Positions 18,789 to 27,824 of a stretch of 64,000 nucleotides of DNA are shown here, piece by piece. A program made the position numbers and the translations under genes. The notes beneath the pieces were generated by a model. That model made no database searches, had not been told where the DNA came from, and saw only the letters and a list, made by a program, of their open reading frames with translations. Numbering within the stretch: position 1 is the stretch's first letter; each line of letters opens with the position of its first letter. Source of the DNA: a virus; IMG/VR virus record IMGVR_UViG_3300031548_000002, positions 27,364 to 91,363 of that record. One strand, given 5' to 3'.

Positions 18789-21700
18789 TGGCCAACGGCG
18801 AAAAGCTCACGCCGCTGACGGACCCGAGCAACGTCCAGTGGGTCATCGAGCGCCCGGGTGATGCTGCCGCGACGACGGCTGCGGTCACGCCGCGCCCGAA
18901 GATGGCCGCATACTCCGCGCTGGTTGCGGCGACCGCGGTCAGCCTCAAGAAGAAGTTCGACGAGTCCAAGGTCAAGCGTGGGCCCGGTGGCAAGTTCGCG
19001 AAGAAGGCTGGCGGGGGATCGTCGGCGCCCGCGCCCGCAAAGAAGACCTCCGCGGCGCCGATCGCGTCCGGTAAGAAGATCACCAACAAGGTCATCTACG
19101 GGAAGCACGCCAACGGCTCGATCATCCAGTCCACCGACGGCCAGCACCGCATGGTCTACAATGCGGCGGGCAACAACTGGACGGTCCAGCGGCGCACGTC
19201 CGACGGCGGCTGGGAGGTCGTCGAGGTCCTCGGCAAGGGCGCCGCGTATAAGAAGGCGAACGCGCTCAGCTCTTCGTGGGGTGAGCTGCGCGCGGACGAT
19301 GATGAGGAGCCTGACGTCGCGACCGCGGCGACTGTGGATGCGGATGCCGGTGACGCCCCTGACGCAGGCACGACAACGAGTAATGCCTCCGCGGGACACG
19401 GCGCATTCGCGGACGGCTGGAACGACCTGTCGGCGTCACCACTGTCGGCGTATCAGATGGCGAGTCTGCACATCGAGTCGGCATTCTCCAATGAAGATGC
19501 TCTGAATGCGGGTCTCGCCGCGCAGCACGTCGCCAATTTGGCGAACAAGTACGGCGTCACGCCTGAGCAGGCGCTGGCCATCATCGACCATGAACGCGGC
19601 GACAGCGTGTACTCGGATCGCGTTCGCGCTCACCTCGCGGGCCAGCCATTTCCGCCGTCCACCCTGACCGTACCTCCGGGAACGCCGTTGGGCTCGGCGA
19701 AGAAAATCGCCGCGAAGAAGACTGCGGCGAAGAAGGTGGCGCCGCCCGCGGTCGCGCCGTCGCCGGCACCGGCGAAAAAGGCCGCTAAGAAGATTGCGTA
19801 CACAAATCCCATGGCGTCCGCACTCGCGGGCGAGGATGTGCCTCTCGCGCAGCTGGAGGCGCAGCAGGCCGCATCACAACAGATTCGAGATGCTCTTCAC
19901 AACTACAACAATGCATTGGCGGATCCCTCACTGACCGTCACGGACACGAGTAGCTACGCGTCCATCTTGTCGATTCTTAAGAAGCAGTATAAGAATAAGT
20001 ACGGTGTGGCGTGGTCGCCGTCACATCACGCTGCGGTCGTCGGGACGTACCAGAAGCAGCTCGCTAAGAGTGGACCCGCCGTAGCTCCAACGTCGGAACC
20101 GGCGACGCCCGCTCCGACGAAGAAGCCCGCGAAGTCGAAGACGTTCGCGAAGGGTGACTCGGTGATCGGACCGACCGGCGCGACGGGCGAGGTCGTCGCC
20201 GTTGCGGAGACCACCGGCACGAAGATCAAAATGTCGAAGGTGCAGTTTCCCGACGGTCAGGTGGGCTGGTTCAAGAACGACGAGCTCTCTGACGCCACGA
20301 CGGCGTCCAGTCCCGCCGCGGCGGATCGCCTGGACGGCGCGCAGAAGGGCGTCATTCCGGGAGCTTACGTCTACACGCCAGGAGGTGACATCGCGACCGT
20401 CGTAGGCCAGGGGCCGCCTAACGCGTATGGTGATCCGCAGGTCACGTTCCAGACGGTGAGTGGATCAACGGGCACACTCGCCGCCGGGGACTTGCGACCA
20501 CTTACGCAGTTTCAGATCGACTCGCTGACCAACGCGCCCGTCGACGGCGCGTACGTCAGCACTCCCATGGGTGACGGTTACGTCGTAGGTGCACCGTTCG
20601 CCAACGCGATCGGTAATCCATCGATCACCGTTGACGTCAACGGAACGCCCACGAAGTTCAACGTCAACGACGTGACGCCCGCGACGGCACCAACGCCTGC
20701 GCCCGCGGCTCCGGTGATCACGCCCGCGACGCCCGCCGCAGCTCCGGCACTGTCGTACGACGCCGACGGCGTTCCGATTCTTGACGACGCGCAGCAGGCA
20801 ATGCTCCAGAGTCACTTCAAGGATGCGGGCGTCAACTGGTACAGCGACACAACGTCGATCTTTGACGCCGCGTACGCCGCGTCCCAGGCGACGGGCATGT
20901 CCATGGAGGATGTGCTCAAGTACGCCGATGCGAACTACCACAGCTCGGCGAAGTTTGGCGGCAAGCCGTTTCAGGCCAAGGTTGAGAAGTGGGCGAAGTC
21001 TTCTAAGGGCAAGGCTCACGTTCAGGCGACGCTGGGCACCGCGCCGACCGGGGCGACGCCGACGTCGCTGGTGCCGGTTCGCACACCACCCGTTCCGACG
21101 CCGCAGCCGCCGCCCGCGCCCGCGAACATCACCGCGACCAACTACGGTTCGACGAGTCAGCCTCACGGTGACTTCTTTCCACTTTCCAGCGGTTACACCA
21201 CGTTGGATCCCGATGAAGCGCTCGAGCTGCAGCGTGAGATGGAAGCACAATCGGGTGCACTTGATCCGCGGGAAAGTAGCGCACTCACATACTATACCAG
21301 CGAGTCTTACCGTGAAATGAACAACTGCTTGCGGCGTGGTGAAGACTGTAACGCGGGTGTGATGTATCATAACGGCACGCGCTACACGTCGTACCAGACC
21401 AGCGAGTACGCGACGCAGGGAATGCGACCACTTACGCAGAACGTCACCCTGTACCGCGGCACGAACATCGAGTTCGCGCCGGACCTCAACCTGACGAGCG
21501 CGCACGACCTCGAGAATCACGTCGGATACATGGCACAGGACTTCGCTTTTTCCAGCGCATCGGTGAACCCTACCACCGCGCACAGCTGGGGTGCGGGCCA
21601 GTACAACGCGGTGATCATGCAGATCGAGGTACCCGCCGGCTACCCCGCCACGTACGTCGACCACATTTCCGATAACCCGGGCGAGTATGAAATGGTGCTG

Positions 21701-21790
21701 CCGCCGGGAACGCGCTACCGCATTGTGGAAGTTAAGCCGTCGCGCAGCATTTCGGACGGCGTCATTGTTCGAGTGGAGGTCATTCCGTGA
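18788..21790 (+). CDS. large virion-associated ADP-ribosyltransferase
   Basis: YTSESYREMN, TLYRG, FSSAS, GEYEMVLPPG; AKK-rich linkers; SH3/KOW-like repeats. Confidence 0.8.
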   Translation: MANGEKLTPLTDPSNVQWVIERPGDAAATTAAVTPRPKMAAYSALVAATAVSLKKKFDESKVKRGPGGKFAKKAGGGSSAPAPAKKTSAAPIASGKKITNKVIYGKHANGSIIQSTDGQHRMVYNAAGNNWTVQRRTSDGGWEVVEVLGKGAAYKKANALSSSWGELRADDDEEPDVATAATVDADAGDAPDAGTTTSNASAGHGAFADGWNDLSASPLSAYQMASLHIESAFSNEDALNAGLAAQHVANLANKYGVTPEQALAIIDHERGDSVYSDRVRAHLAGQPFPPSTLTVPPGTPLGSAKKIAAKKTAAKKVAPPAVAPSPAPAKKAAKKIAYTNPMASALAGEDVPLAQLEAQQAASQQIRDALHNYNNALADPSLTVTDTSSYASILSILKKQYKNKYGVAWSPSHHAAVVGTYQKQLAKSGPAVAPTSEPATPAPTKKPAKSKTFAKGDSVIGPTGATGEVVAVAETTGTKIKMSKVQFPDGQVGWFKNDELSDATTASSPAAADRLDGAQKGVIPGAYVYTPGGDIATVVGQGPPNAYGDPQVTFQTVSGSTGTLAAGDLRPLTQFQIDSLTNAPVDGAYVSTPMGDGYVVGAPFANAIGNPSITVDVNGTPTKFNVNDVTPATAPTPAPAAPVITPATPAAAPALSYDADGVPILDDAQQAMLQSHFKDAGVNWYSDTTSIFDAAYAASQATGMSMEDVLKYADANYHSSAKFGGKPFQAKVEKWAKSSKGKAHVQATLGTAPTGATPTSLVPVRTPPVPTPQPPPAPANITATNYGSTSQPHGDFFPLSSGYTTLDPDEALELQREMEAQSGALDPRESSALTYYTSESYREMNNCLRRGEDCNAGVMYHNGTRYTSYQTSEYATQGMRPLTQNVTLYRGTNIEFAPDLNLTSAHDLENHVGYMAQDFAFSSASVNPTTAHSWGAGQYNAVIMQIEVPAGYPATYVDHISDNPGEYEMVLPPGTRYRIVEVKPSRSISDGVIVRVEVIP

Positions 21791-22236
21791 CGACACCTGC
21801 AAGCGGTGAGGTAGAAGAGCGTGGCCCGACGGTAAGCTCACTGGTGGACCCCACGTCCGTGGAGTGGGTGTCACTGGTGCCCGTCTCCGAAGAGAATCCG
21901 TTCGATGAGGGTGAGCTGGATGAGGACGGCCTGACCGAGTCCGAGTTCGACATGATCTTTCGGCGACCCGCGGCGAGCGTTCCGATCAACCTCATCGCCG
22001 CAGTGGACGTCACAGAGAGTCCGCGCGAAGAGCTGCAGTCAGGCATGCCACGGCAGCTGAAGGACTACTGGCTGCGCGGCGAGGGCGCGGCGCAGATTCG
22101 GTGGGGCACCAAGGGTTCGTTCACCCGCTGCGTCCGCGAGCTGCGCGAGCACTTCCCCACGGGGACCGAGGGCCTGTGCGCGAACCTCTACCACGAGGCA
22201 ACGGGGCACTGGCCCGGTGAGGATCGTGACAAGTAG
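21787..22236 (+). CDS. head-module protein (YWxxGEGAAxIRWG domain)
   Basis: YWLRGEGAAQIRWGTKGSFTRC...GLCANLYHEATGHWPG, a domain seen in actinophage head modules. Confidence 0.7.
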   Translation: MTTPASGEVEERGPTVSSLVDPTSVEWVSLVPVSEENPFDEGELDEDGLTESEFDMIFRRPAASVPINLIAAVDVTESPREELQSGMPRQLKDYWLRGEGAAQIRWGTKGSFTRCVRELREHFPTGTEGLCANLYHEATGHWPGEDRDK

Positions 22237-23585
22237 TGGAGACGCTCGCACCGCGTAGACGCTTCGATGAGTCGAAGGTCAAGCGCAACAAGGGACGCTT
22301 CGCGAGGAAGGCGGTGGGCGCGCTCTTTCGCCCGCCGCCCGCGCTGGTGCGCGGCACTCCGGAGGCCAACGTCTTTCGACGTCACAACGACGGCGACGTC
22401 ACGCACGTGTCGGACGACGGCAGCCAGCGGATGGTCTACGATGAGGTCACCGACCAGTTCGATCAGCAAGTGCGTCAGCCCGACGGCTCGTGGCAGTCGA
22501 TCGGTAAGCGTGGTAAGCTTCAGGCGTACCTACTAACAAAGCTCGGCTGGCGCGCAGGTGAACAGGAAGATCAGGACGCACCCGCGCTGGCCGTTGACGC
22601 GGTGGACGTCGATTCGCCGGACGTTAGTGCACCGGATGCGAGTGCATCAGCGACACACTCTTCCATTGCGACGCCCGCGGACGACATCAGTGCACTGACG
22701 CCCGAGCAGATCCGTAACGCGTACAACGCGGTCAACGCCGCGGGCAGCGTGCTCAGCGACCCGTACACACCGCCGGAAGATCTCGCGCAAGTGGCGTCGA
22801 ACGTCGCTGACGAGCAGTCGCTGACGCCGCTGCAGGTGCTGCGCGCCGTCGACGCGCACGAGGCATCTCTCTACGGTGATCCCAACACGAATCGCATTGA
22901 GAATCGCGTCGTTCAGCACCTAGCGGGTGCGGACTTTCCCGCACCGGGTGGTCCACTTACGACGGACGGGCCCGCACCGGCACCACTTCCCGCGACCGTG
23001 GTCGCGCTACCGCACCAAGATACCGCGCCATTTCCGATAAGTGACGACTTCCCCACGCGAACCGACACTGATATGGCGCGCATTCAACGTGAGATGGAAG
23101 CGCAGAGCGGCGCGCGAACTCCCGCGGAGATCGCGGCGATTCGCGACTACTCCGTCACGGCGTACCAGGGCATGAATGAGTGCCTACGAACGGGAAGTGG
23201 CTGCGATCCCAATGTGATTGATCGCAATAATGAGCTTGAAAGTGCGATGCGTCCCATCACCGAACCGGTGACCGTCTTCCGACGCATGATGCTGGATAAC
23301 CTACCAGGTGTGACGTCGGCCGCTGACCTGCAGTCGCTGGTCGGCTCAGACATCACAGACGCCGGGTTTACCAGTACGTCGCTGGACCCCGCGCAGACTC
23401 AATTGTTCGGCAACGTGCGACTTCAGATCGCGGTGCCTACCGGAACGAGGGCCACCGTTCCGGGCGCACACAGCGTACACTCTGGCGAGCAGGAGGTCAT
23501 CTTGGCGCCCGGAACGCGTTATCGCGTCATCGACGTTGACACCTCGGGCACAACGCCCGCTGTGCAACTGGAGGTAGTGCTGTGA
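22236..23585 (+). CDS. ADP-ribosyltransferase (paralog of 18788..21790)
   Basis: YSVTAYQGMN, TVFRR, FTSTS, GEQEVILAPG. Confidence 0.82.
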   Translation: METLAPRRRFDESKVKRNKGRFARKAVGALFRPPPALVRGTPEANVFRRHNDGDVTHVSDDGSQRMVYDEVTDQFDQQVRQPDGSWQSIGKRGKLQAYLLTKLGWRAGEQEDQDAPALAVDAVDVDSPDVSAPDASASATHSSIATPADDISALTPEQIRNAYNAVNAAGSVLSDPYTPPEDLAQVASNVADEQSLTPLQVLRAVDAHEASLYGDPNTNRIENRVVQHLAGADFPAPGGPLTTDGPAPAPLPATVVALPHQDTAPFPISDDFPTRTDTDMARIQREMEAQSGARTPAEIAAIRDYSVTAYQGMNECLRTGSGCDPNVIDRNNELESAMRPITEPVTVFRRMMLDNLPGVTSAADLQSLVGSDITDAGFTSTSLDPAQTQLFGNVRLQIAVPTGTRATVPGAHSVHSGEQEVILAPGTRYRVIDVDTSGTTPAVQLEVVL

Positions 23586-25801
23586 CCACGCCCATCGATG
23601 TGAACACTAGTGAGTTCACGCCACTCACTGACCCGAACAATGCAGTGATGACGATTATCCCCACCGAAGATGAGGTCATTGAGGAGATCACCGAAGATGA
23701 GCTCGCCGCAGTTGGTGACACCTTCACCAGTGGCATGATCGCTCTCATTCCTACTGCTGCCAATGCTGAACGTCTCTACGCGGGCGAAGATGATTTTGGC
23801 GAGTTGCCTGAGGACTTGCACACCACGGTGATCTACTTGGGCGACATCACAAGTATGGACGAGCGAACGTTTAGCACGATCGTGGACGAGCTCGTGAACA
23901 TCGCCGATGAGGAGCTTGGGCCGGTCGTCGCGGAGGGGTTCAATGTCGCGCTCTTCAACCCACACACTGACGAGCGTGACACATGTGTGACGCTGGGTCT
24001 GAGCGGATCAACGCTTCACCTGCTCTGTAAGAAGATCCGCGACCGGATCATTAAGAAGATCGCCGGTGAGAGTTATCAGATTCCCGAGCAGCACGAGCCG
24101 TGGATTCCGCACGTGACGCTCGCGTACACCGAGGACTACTCCACGGTGGAGCGCCTGGCAGACCGCACCGGCGACATCACATTTGATCGTGTGCGCTTGG
24201 CCCTGGGTGATGATGTCTACGACTTCGATCTCAGAGACACGTTCAAGCCAGTGGATCTAGCTGACGTTGAGGACGACGCGGACTACGAAGAACTTAGCGA
24301 CGGCGAACTCTTTGGTGAGCTCTTCGCGGGCGCGGCAGTGTCGGAGATCGACCGAGACTCCACGATGGAATATAATGATCGCGAAGGTGAGGTGATGAAC
24401 GTGACCGACACGGTCGAAGAGGCCGCCGAGGTGGAGGTCTCCGAGTCCGAGCCCGGCGCGTGGTCCGGCGTCCTGATCGTCGAGGGCGTTGAGTCGGGCG
24501 ACGGTCGCATGTTCGCGGAGGGCTCGCTCAAGTCCGCGCCACTGCCGCTGCCGCTGATGTGGCAGAAGCAGACCGCCACGGGGCACGAGACCGCCGTGCA
24601 GGCGGGTCGCATCGATGAGGTGTGGCGCGAGGGCAACCAGATCTGGGGACGCGGAGTCTTCGACCTGGAGGGCGACGACGGCTACGAGGCGTACCGGCAG
24701 GTGGCGCAGGGCTTCCTGCGCGGCGTGTCCGGCGACGTCGACTCGGTGAAGGACTCTGACGTCGAGCTCGTCTTCCCGAAGTCCGGCGGTGCGGAGAGTG
24801 CGGAGGGAGCCGACGGCTTCGGCGACCTCTTCGCGGCGCCCGAGCTGACGATCTTTCACCGTGGCCGGCTGCGCGGCGCGACGCTCGTGCAGTTTCCCGC
24901 CTTCGTGGAGGCGTCCATCGCATTGGACGGTCAGACGCTCGACACGGACGAGACCGCGATCGAGGAGGGCCCGCACTCAGAGTTCGCCGATGACGACGCG
25001 ACCGAGCTTGCGATCGAGAGCGCCGGTGAGTCGGTGGACGCTGAGGACGAGGAGGAGATCGGTCACCTCGCTCGGCGCGCCGAGCTGACCGCCTGCGGCT
25101 GCACCGATGAGGCGCCGCCGACCGACTGGTTCGAGGACCCGAAGCTGTCCGGACCGACGCCGCTCACCGTCACGGAGGACGGTCGGATCTTCGGCCACGC
25201 CGCCGTCTGGGGAACCTGCCACACCGGCTTCTCCGGCACGTGCGTGACGCCGCCGCGCGAGCGACTCCACGAGTACTTCCTACTGGGCGAGACGCTCACC
25301 GCGGACGGATCCACCGTTGCCACGGGCTCCATCACACTGGGAACGGGTCACGCGGCGACCGGCGGCAAGCTCACCGCACTGCAGGCGATCGATCACTACG
25401 ACCACACCGGCACCGTCGTGGCGGACGTCGCGACGGGTGAGGATAAGCACGGCCTCTGGTTCTCCGGCGCGCTGCGGCCGAAGCTGTCGCCGTATAAGCT
25501 GCGCGCACTCCGCGCCGCGAAGCTGTCCGGCGACTGGCGCCGCTTCGGCAATGGGCTGCGCCTCATCGCGCTGCTGGCGGTCAACGTGCCGGGCTTCCCG
25601 GTGCCGCGCGTCAAGGCCGGCGCGCGCCGTGGGGTTCAGACGTCGCTGGTGGCCGCGGGCGTCAACCCGTACGGCCCGGGCGACCAGCAGAGCGCGGTCG
25701 AGCAGGAGGCGCTGCAGGCCATCGTGGCGAGCCTGAAGCAGCGCATCGGACGCGACGACAAGTCGCGGCTGGATGAGATCCGCAAGCGGATTGGGAGGTA
25801 G
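23582..25801 (+). CDS. 2H phosphoesterase (LigT-like) fused to putative capsid maturation protease
   Basis: LHTTVIY and PHVTLAY HxT motifs; EGVESGDGR, PLPLMWQ...GH, RGVS, RGATLVQFPAF protease-like region; GRIFGH...LSGDWR C-terminal domain. Confidence 0.8.
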   Translation: MTTPIDVNTSEFTPLTDPNNAVMTIIPTEDEVIEEITEDELAAVGDTFTSGMIALIPTAANAERLYAGEDDFGELPEDLHTTVIYLGDITSMDERTFSTIVDELVNIADEELGPVVAEGFNVALFNPHTDERDTCVTLGLSGSTLHLLCKKIRDRIIKKIAGESYQIPEQHEPWIPHVTLAYTEDYSTVERLADRTGDITFDRVRLALGDDVYDFDLRDTFKPVDLADVEDDADYEELSDGELFGELFAGAAVSEIDRDSTMEYNDREGEVMNVTDTVEEAAEVEVSESEPGAWSGVLIVEGVESGDGRMFAEGSLKSAPLPLPLMWQKQTATGHETAVQAGRIDEVWREGNQIWGRGVFDLEGDDGYEAYRQVAQGFLRGVSGDVDSVKDSDVELVFPKSGGAESAEGADGFGDLFAAPELTIFHRGRLRGATLVQFPAFVEASIALDGQTLDTDETAIEEGPHSEFADDDATELAIESAGESVDAEDEEEIGHLARRAELTACGCTDEAPPTDWFEDPKLSGPTPLTVTEDGRIFGHAAVWGTCHTGFSGTCVTPPRERLHEYFLLGETLTADGSTVATGSITLGTGHAATGGKLTALQAIDHYDHTGTVVADVATGEDKHGLWFSGALRPKLSPYKLRALRAAKLSGDWRRFGNGLRLIALLAVNVPGFPVPRVKAGARRGVQTSLVAAGVNPYGPGDQQSAVEQEALQAIVASLKQRIGRDDKSRLDEIRKRIGR

Positions 25802-25803
25802 TC

Positions 25804-25977
25804 GTGGGATGTGGATGTGGACGACGGCGCACGACCGCCGTGACGTCTGTGAATGAGGCCGAGCTGGCGCTTCAGAAGGAGCAGGAGAAGGAGTCGCTCG
25901 CTCGCGACCTGGCATCGCTGCGCGCGGCGGTCTACAACTCGCAGTCCGATGTGGTGGAGTCCGCCGGCCAGCAGTGA
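25804..25977 (+). CDS. small MGCGCG protein (57 aa, below ORF-track cutoff)
   Basis: GGGAGG RBS, GTG GGA TGT GGA TGT...TGA; fills the gap before the capsid gene. Confidence 0.65.
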   Translation: MGCGCGRRRTTAVTSVNEAELALQKEQEKESLARDLASLRAAVYNSQSDVVESAGQQ

Positions 25978-25992
25978 CTACTTCACGGTGAT

Positions 25993-26021
25993 TTGCCGAG
26001 ATCAACACCGTGGTGTACAAT
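25993..26021 (+). promoter_or_regulatory. promoter for capsid gene
   Basis: TTGCCG-N17-TACAAT. Confidence 0.65.
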
Positions 26022-26060
26022 GCGCGTAAGGTTCATCAACGTGAAGCAAGAGGAAGCCGC

Positions 26061-27779
26061 ATGAATGGGTATCAGGGTCTGCCGGAGGACCTCTCCGCGC
26101 TGAGCGATGATGAGCTTCGCGCGCTGGAGGAGGCTGCGGTCGCGGCCTTCGACGAGGCCGCCGACCCGGAGAACGACGTCTCGGCCGAGGTAGTCGCGCA
26201 GGCCGCGCAGCTCGCCGACGACATCGACGCCATCCGCGCCGAGATCGCCTCGCGCGAAGAGATGGCACTGCAGCACGCCGCCGACCGTGAGGCGCTGCAG
26301 TCGCGCGTGCACGGCCGGGGCGAGGCACCGACCGAGGCCGCCGAGGAGACCACGCAGGAACTGGCCACGGAGCTCGCCGTGGAGGAAGGCGAGGAAGTGG
26401 ACGAAGACGAAGTCGTCGCGGGTGGGCAGCACTACAGCCCGGCGCGGACGACGCCCCGCAACGCGACCGGGAAGCGCAAGCTCAACGTCTCGCTGTCGGC
26501 GATCCAGGCGCGCGCGCCGAAGGTTGAGGTTCCCAACACCCCGTTGCGTTCGACGCTGGTCGCGTCCGCGGACATCCCGGGTTACGCCCAGGGCTCCCGG
26601 CTCGACTCGATGTACGACCTGGTTTCTGCGGCGCACAACCGTGTGCGCACCGTCGGCACCACGACGCGCGGTGATGACGCCCCGCGGTACACCGTCGCGT
26701 CGATGAACCGCAGCTTCAAGTACACGCTCGACCGGCAGGCCACACCGCAGCAGATCTCCGAGGTCCTGACCGCCGCGACCAACGTCAGCGAGCTCGTCGC
26801 CGCCGGCGGCTGGTGCGCCCCGTCCGAGATCTCGTACGACCTCTTCAACATCGTCTGCGAAGACGGCATGCTGGACCTGCCGACCGTGGGCATCAACCGC
26901 GGTGGCATCCGCTTCCCGATCTCCCCGGACTTCTCCAGCCTCTCGGGCAACCCGGCCCTCTGGACCTGGACCGAGACGCAGGACATCGCCGCCGTCACCG
27001 GCACTGACCAGTCGGGCGTCAAGACCTGCGGTCGCGTCCCGTGCGCGACGTTCTCTGAGGAGCGCCTCGCGTGCGACGGCGTTTGCCTCACCGTCGGCAA
27101 CCTCATGGACGACGCGTACCCGGAGCTCATTGCGAACCACATGAAGCTCCTGATGGCCTTCCACGCGCACAAGATGAACTTGTCGCGCATCAATAAGCTG
27201 GTGGCCGCGTCCGTCGCGGTGTCCGGCACGGTGGGCATGGGCGCCGTCGGCGAGTCCGTCATCAACAACGTCCTCGGGGCGCTGGAGCTGCAGGCTCGCG
27301 ACTACCGCGAGAAGTTCGCGATGTGCGAGGATGCCGTCCTCGAGGTCGTGCTGCCGCGCTGGATCCTCGACATGATGCGGTCGGACATCCGTCGCCGCAC
27401 CGGCGTCGAGCTGCTCTCGGTCGCGGACTCGTACATCGAGGGGCTCTTCGATGCCCTCGACATCCGCATCCAGTTCGTCGGCGACTGGCAGGTGCGCACC
27501 ACGGGCTTCCCGGGCGGTACCGGAACGCTGCTGGCCTGGCCGACGCAGGTGCAGGCGCTGATGTTCGCGCCGGGCACCTTCGTTCTCGGCGAGGGTCTCA
27601 CGCTGGACCTCGGCGTCATCCGCGACTCGGTGCTCAACCAGACGAACGACTACACCGCGGCGTGGATGGAAGAGTGCTGGCTGATCGCCAAGCTCGGTCA
27701 CGAGTCCCGTCTTCTCACGATCAACGTCTGCGCCAACGGCCGGACCGGTGCCGCCGACATCACCGCCTGCGGTCTCTGA
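26061..27779 (+). CDS. major capsid protein with N-terminal scaffold-like region
   Basis: Acidic coiled-coil N-terminus; LVAAGGWCAPSE, LDLP..GINRGGI, LDLGVIRDS.LN.TNDY. Confidence 0.88.
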   Translation: MNGYQGLPEDLSALSDDELRALEEAAVAAFDEAADPENDVSAEVVAQAAQLADDIDAIRAEIASREEMALQHAADREALQSRVHGRGEAPTEAAEETTQELATELAVEEGEEVDEDEVVAGGQHYSPARTTPRNATGKRKLNVSLSAIQARAPKVEVPNTPLRSTLVASADIPGYAQGSRLDSMYDLVSAAHNRVRTVGTTTRGDDAPRYTVASMNRSFKYTLDRQATPQQISEVLTAATNVSELVAAGGWCAPSEISYDLFNIVCEDGMLDLPTVGINRGGIRFPISPDFSSLSGNPALWTWTETQDIAAVTGTDQSGVKTCGRVPCATFSEERLACDGVCLTVGNLMDDAYPELIANHMKLLMAFHAHKMNLSRINKLVAASVAVSGTVGMGAVGESVINNVLGALELQARDYREKFAMCEDAVLEVVLPRWILDMMRSDIRRRTGVELLSVADSYIEGLFDALDIRIQFVGDWQVRTTGFPGGTGTLLAWPTQVQALMFAPGTFVLGEGLTLDLGVIRDSVLNQTNDYTAAWMEECWLIAKLGHESRLLTINVCANGRTGAADITACGL

Positions 27780-27824
27780 CCGGAGCGGATCGAAGTCAAC
27801 GGTGAGCAGCGTGAGGGAGGGTAA

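Noticed and set aside
25983-27701. Long antisense ORFs (this one, 36029..37549, 20465..21874 and others)
   Set aside because: Shadow frames expected in high-GC3 DNA opposite clearly recognisable genes; no RBS or motifs
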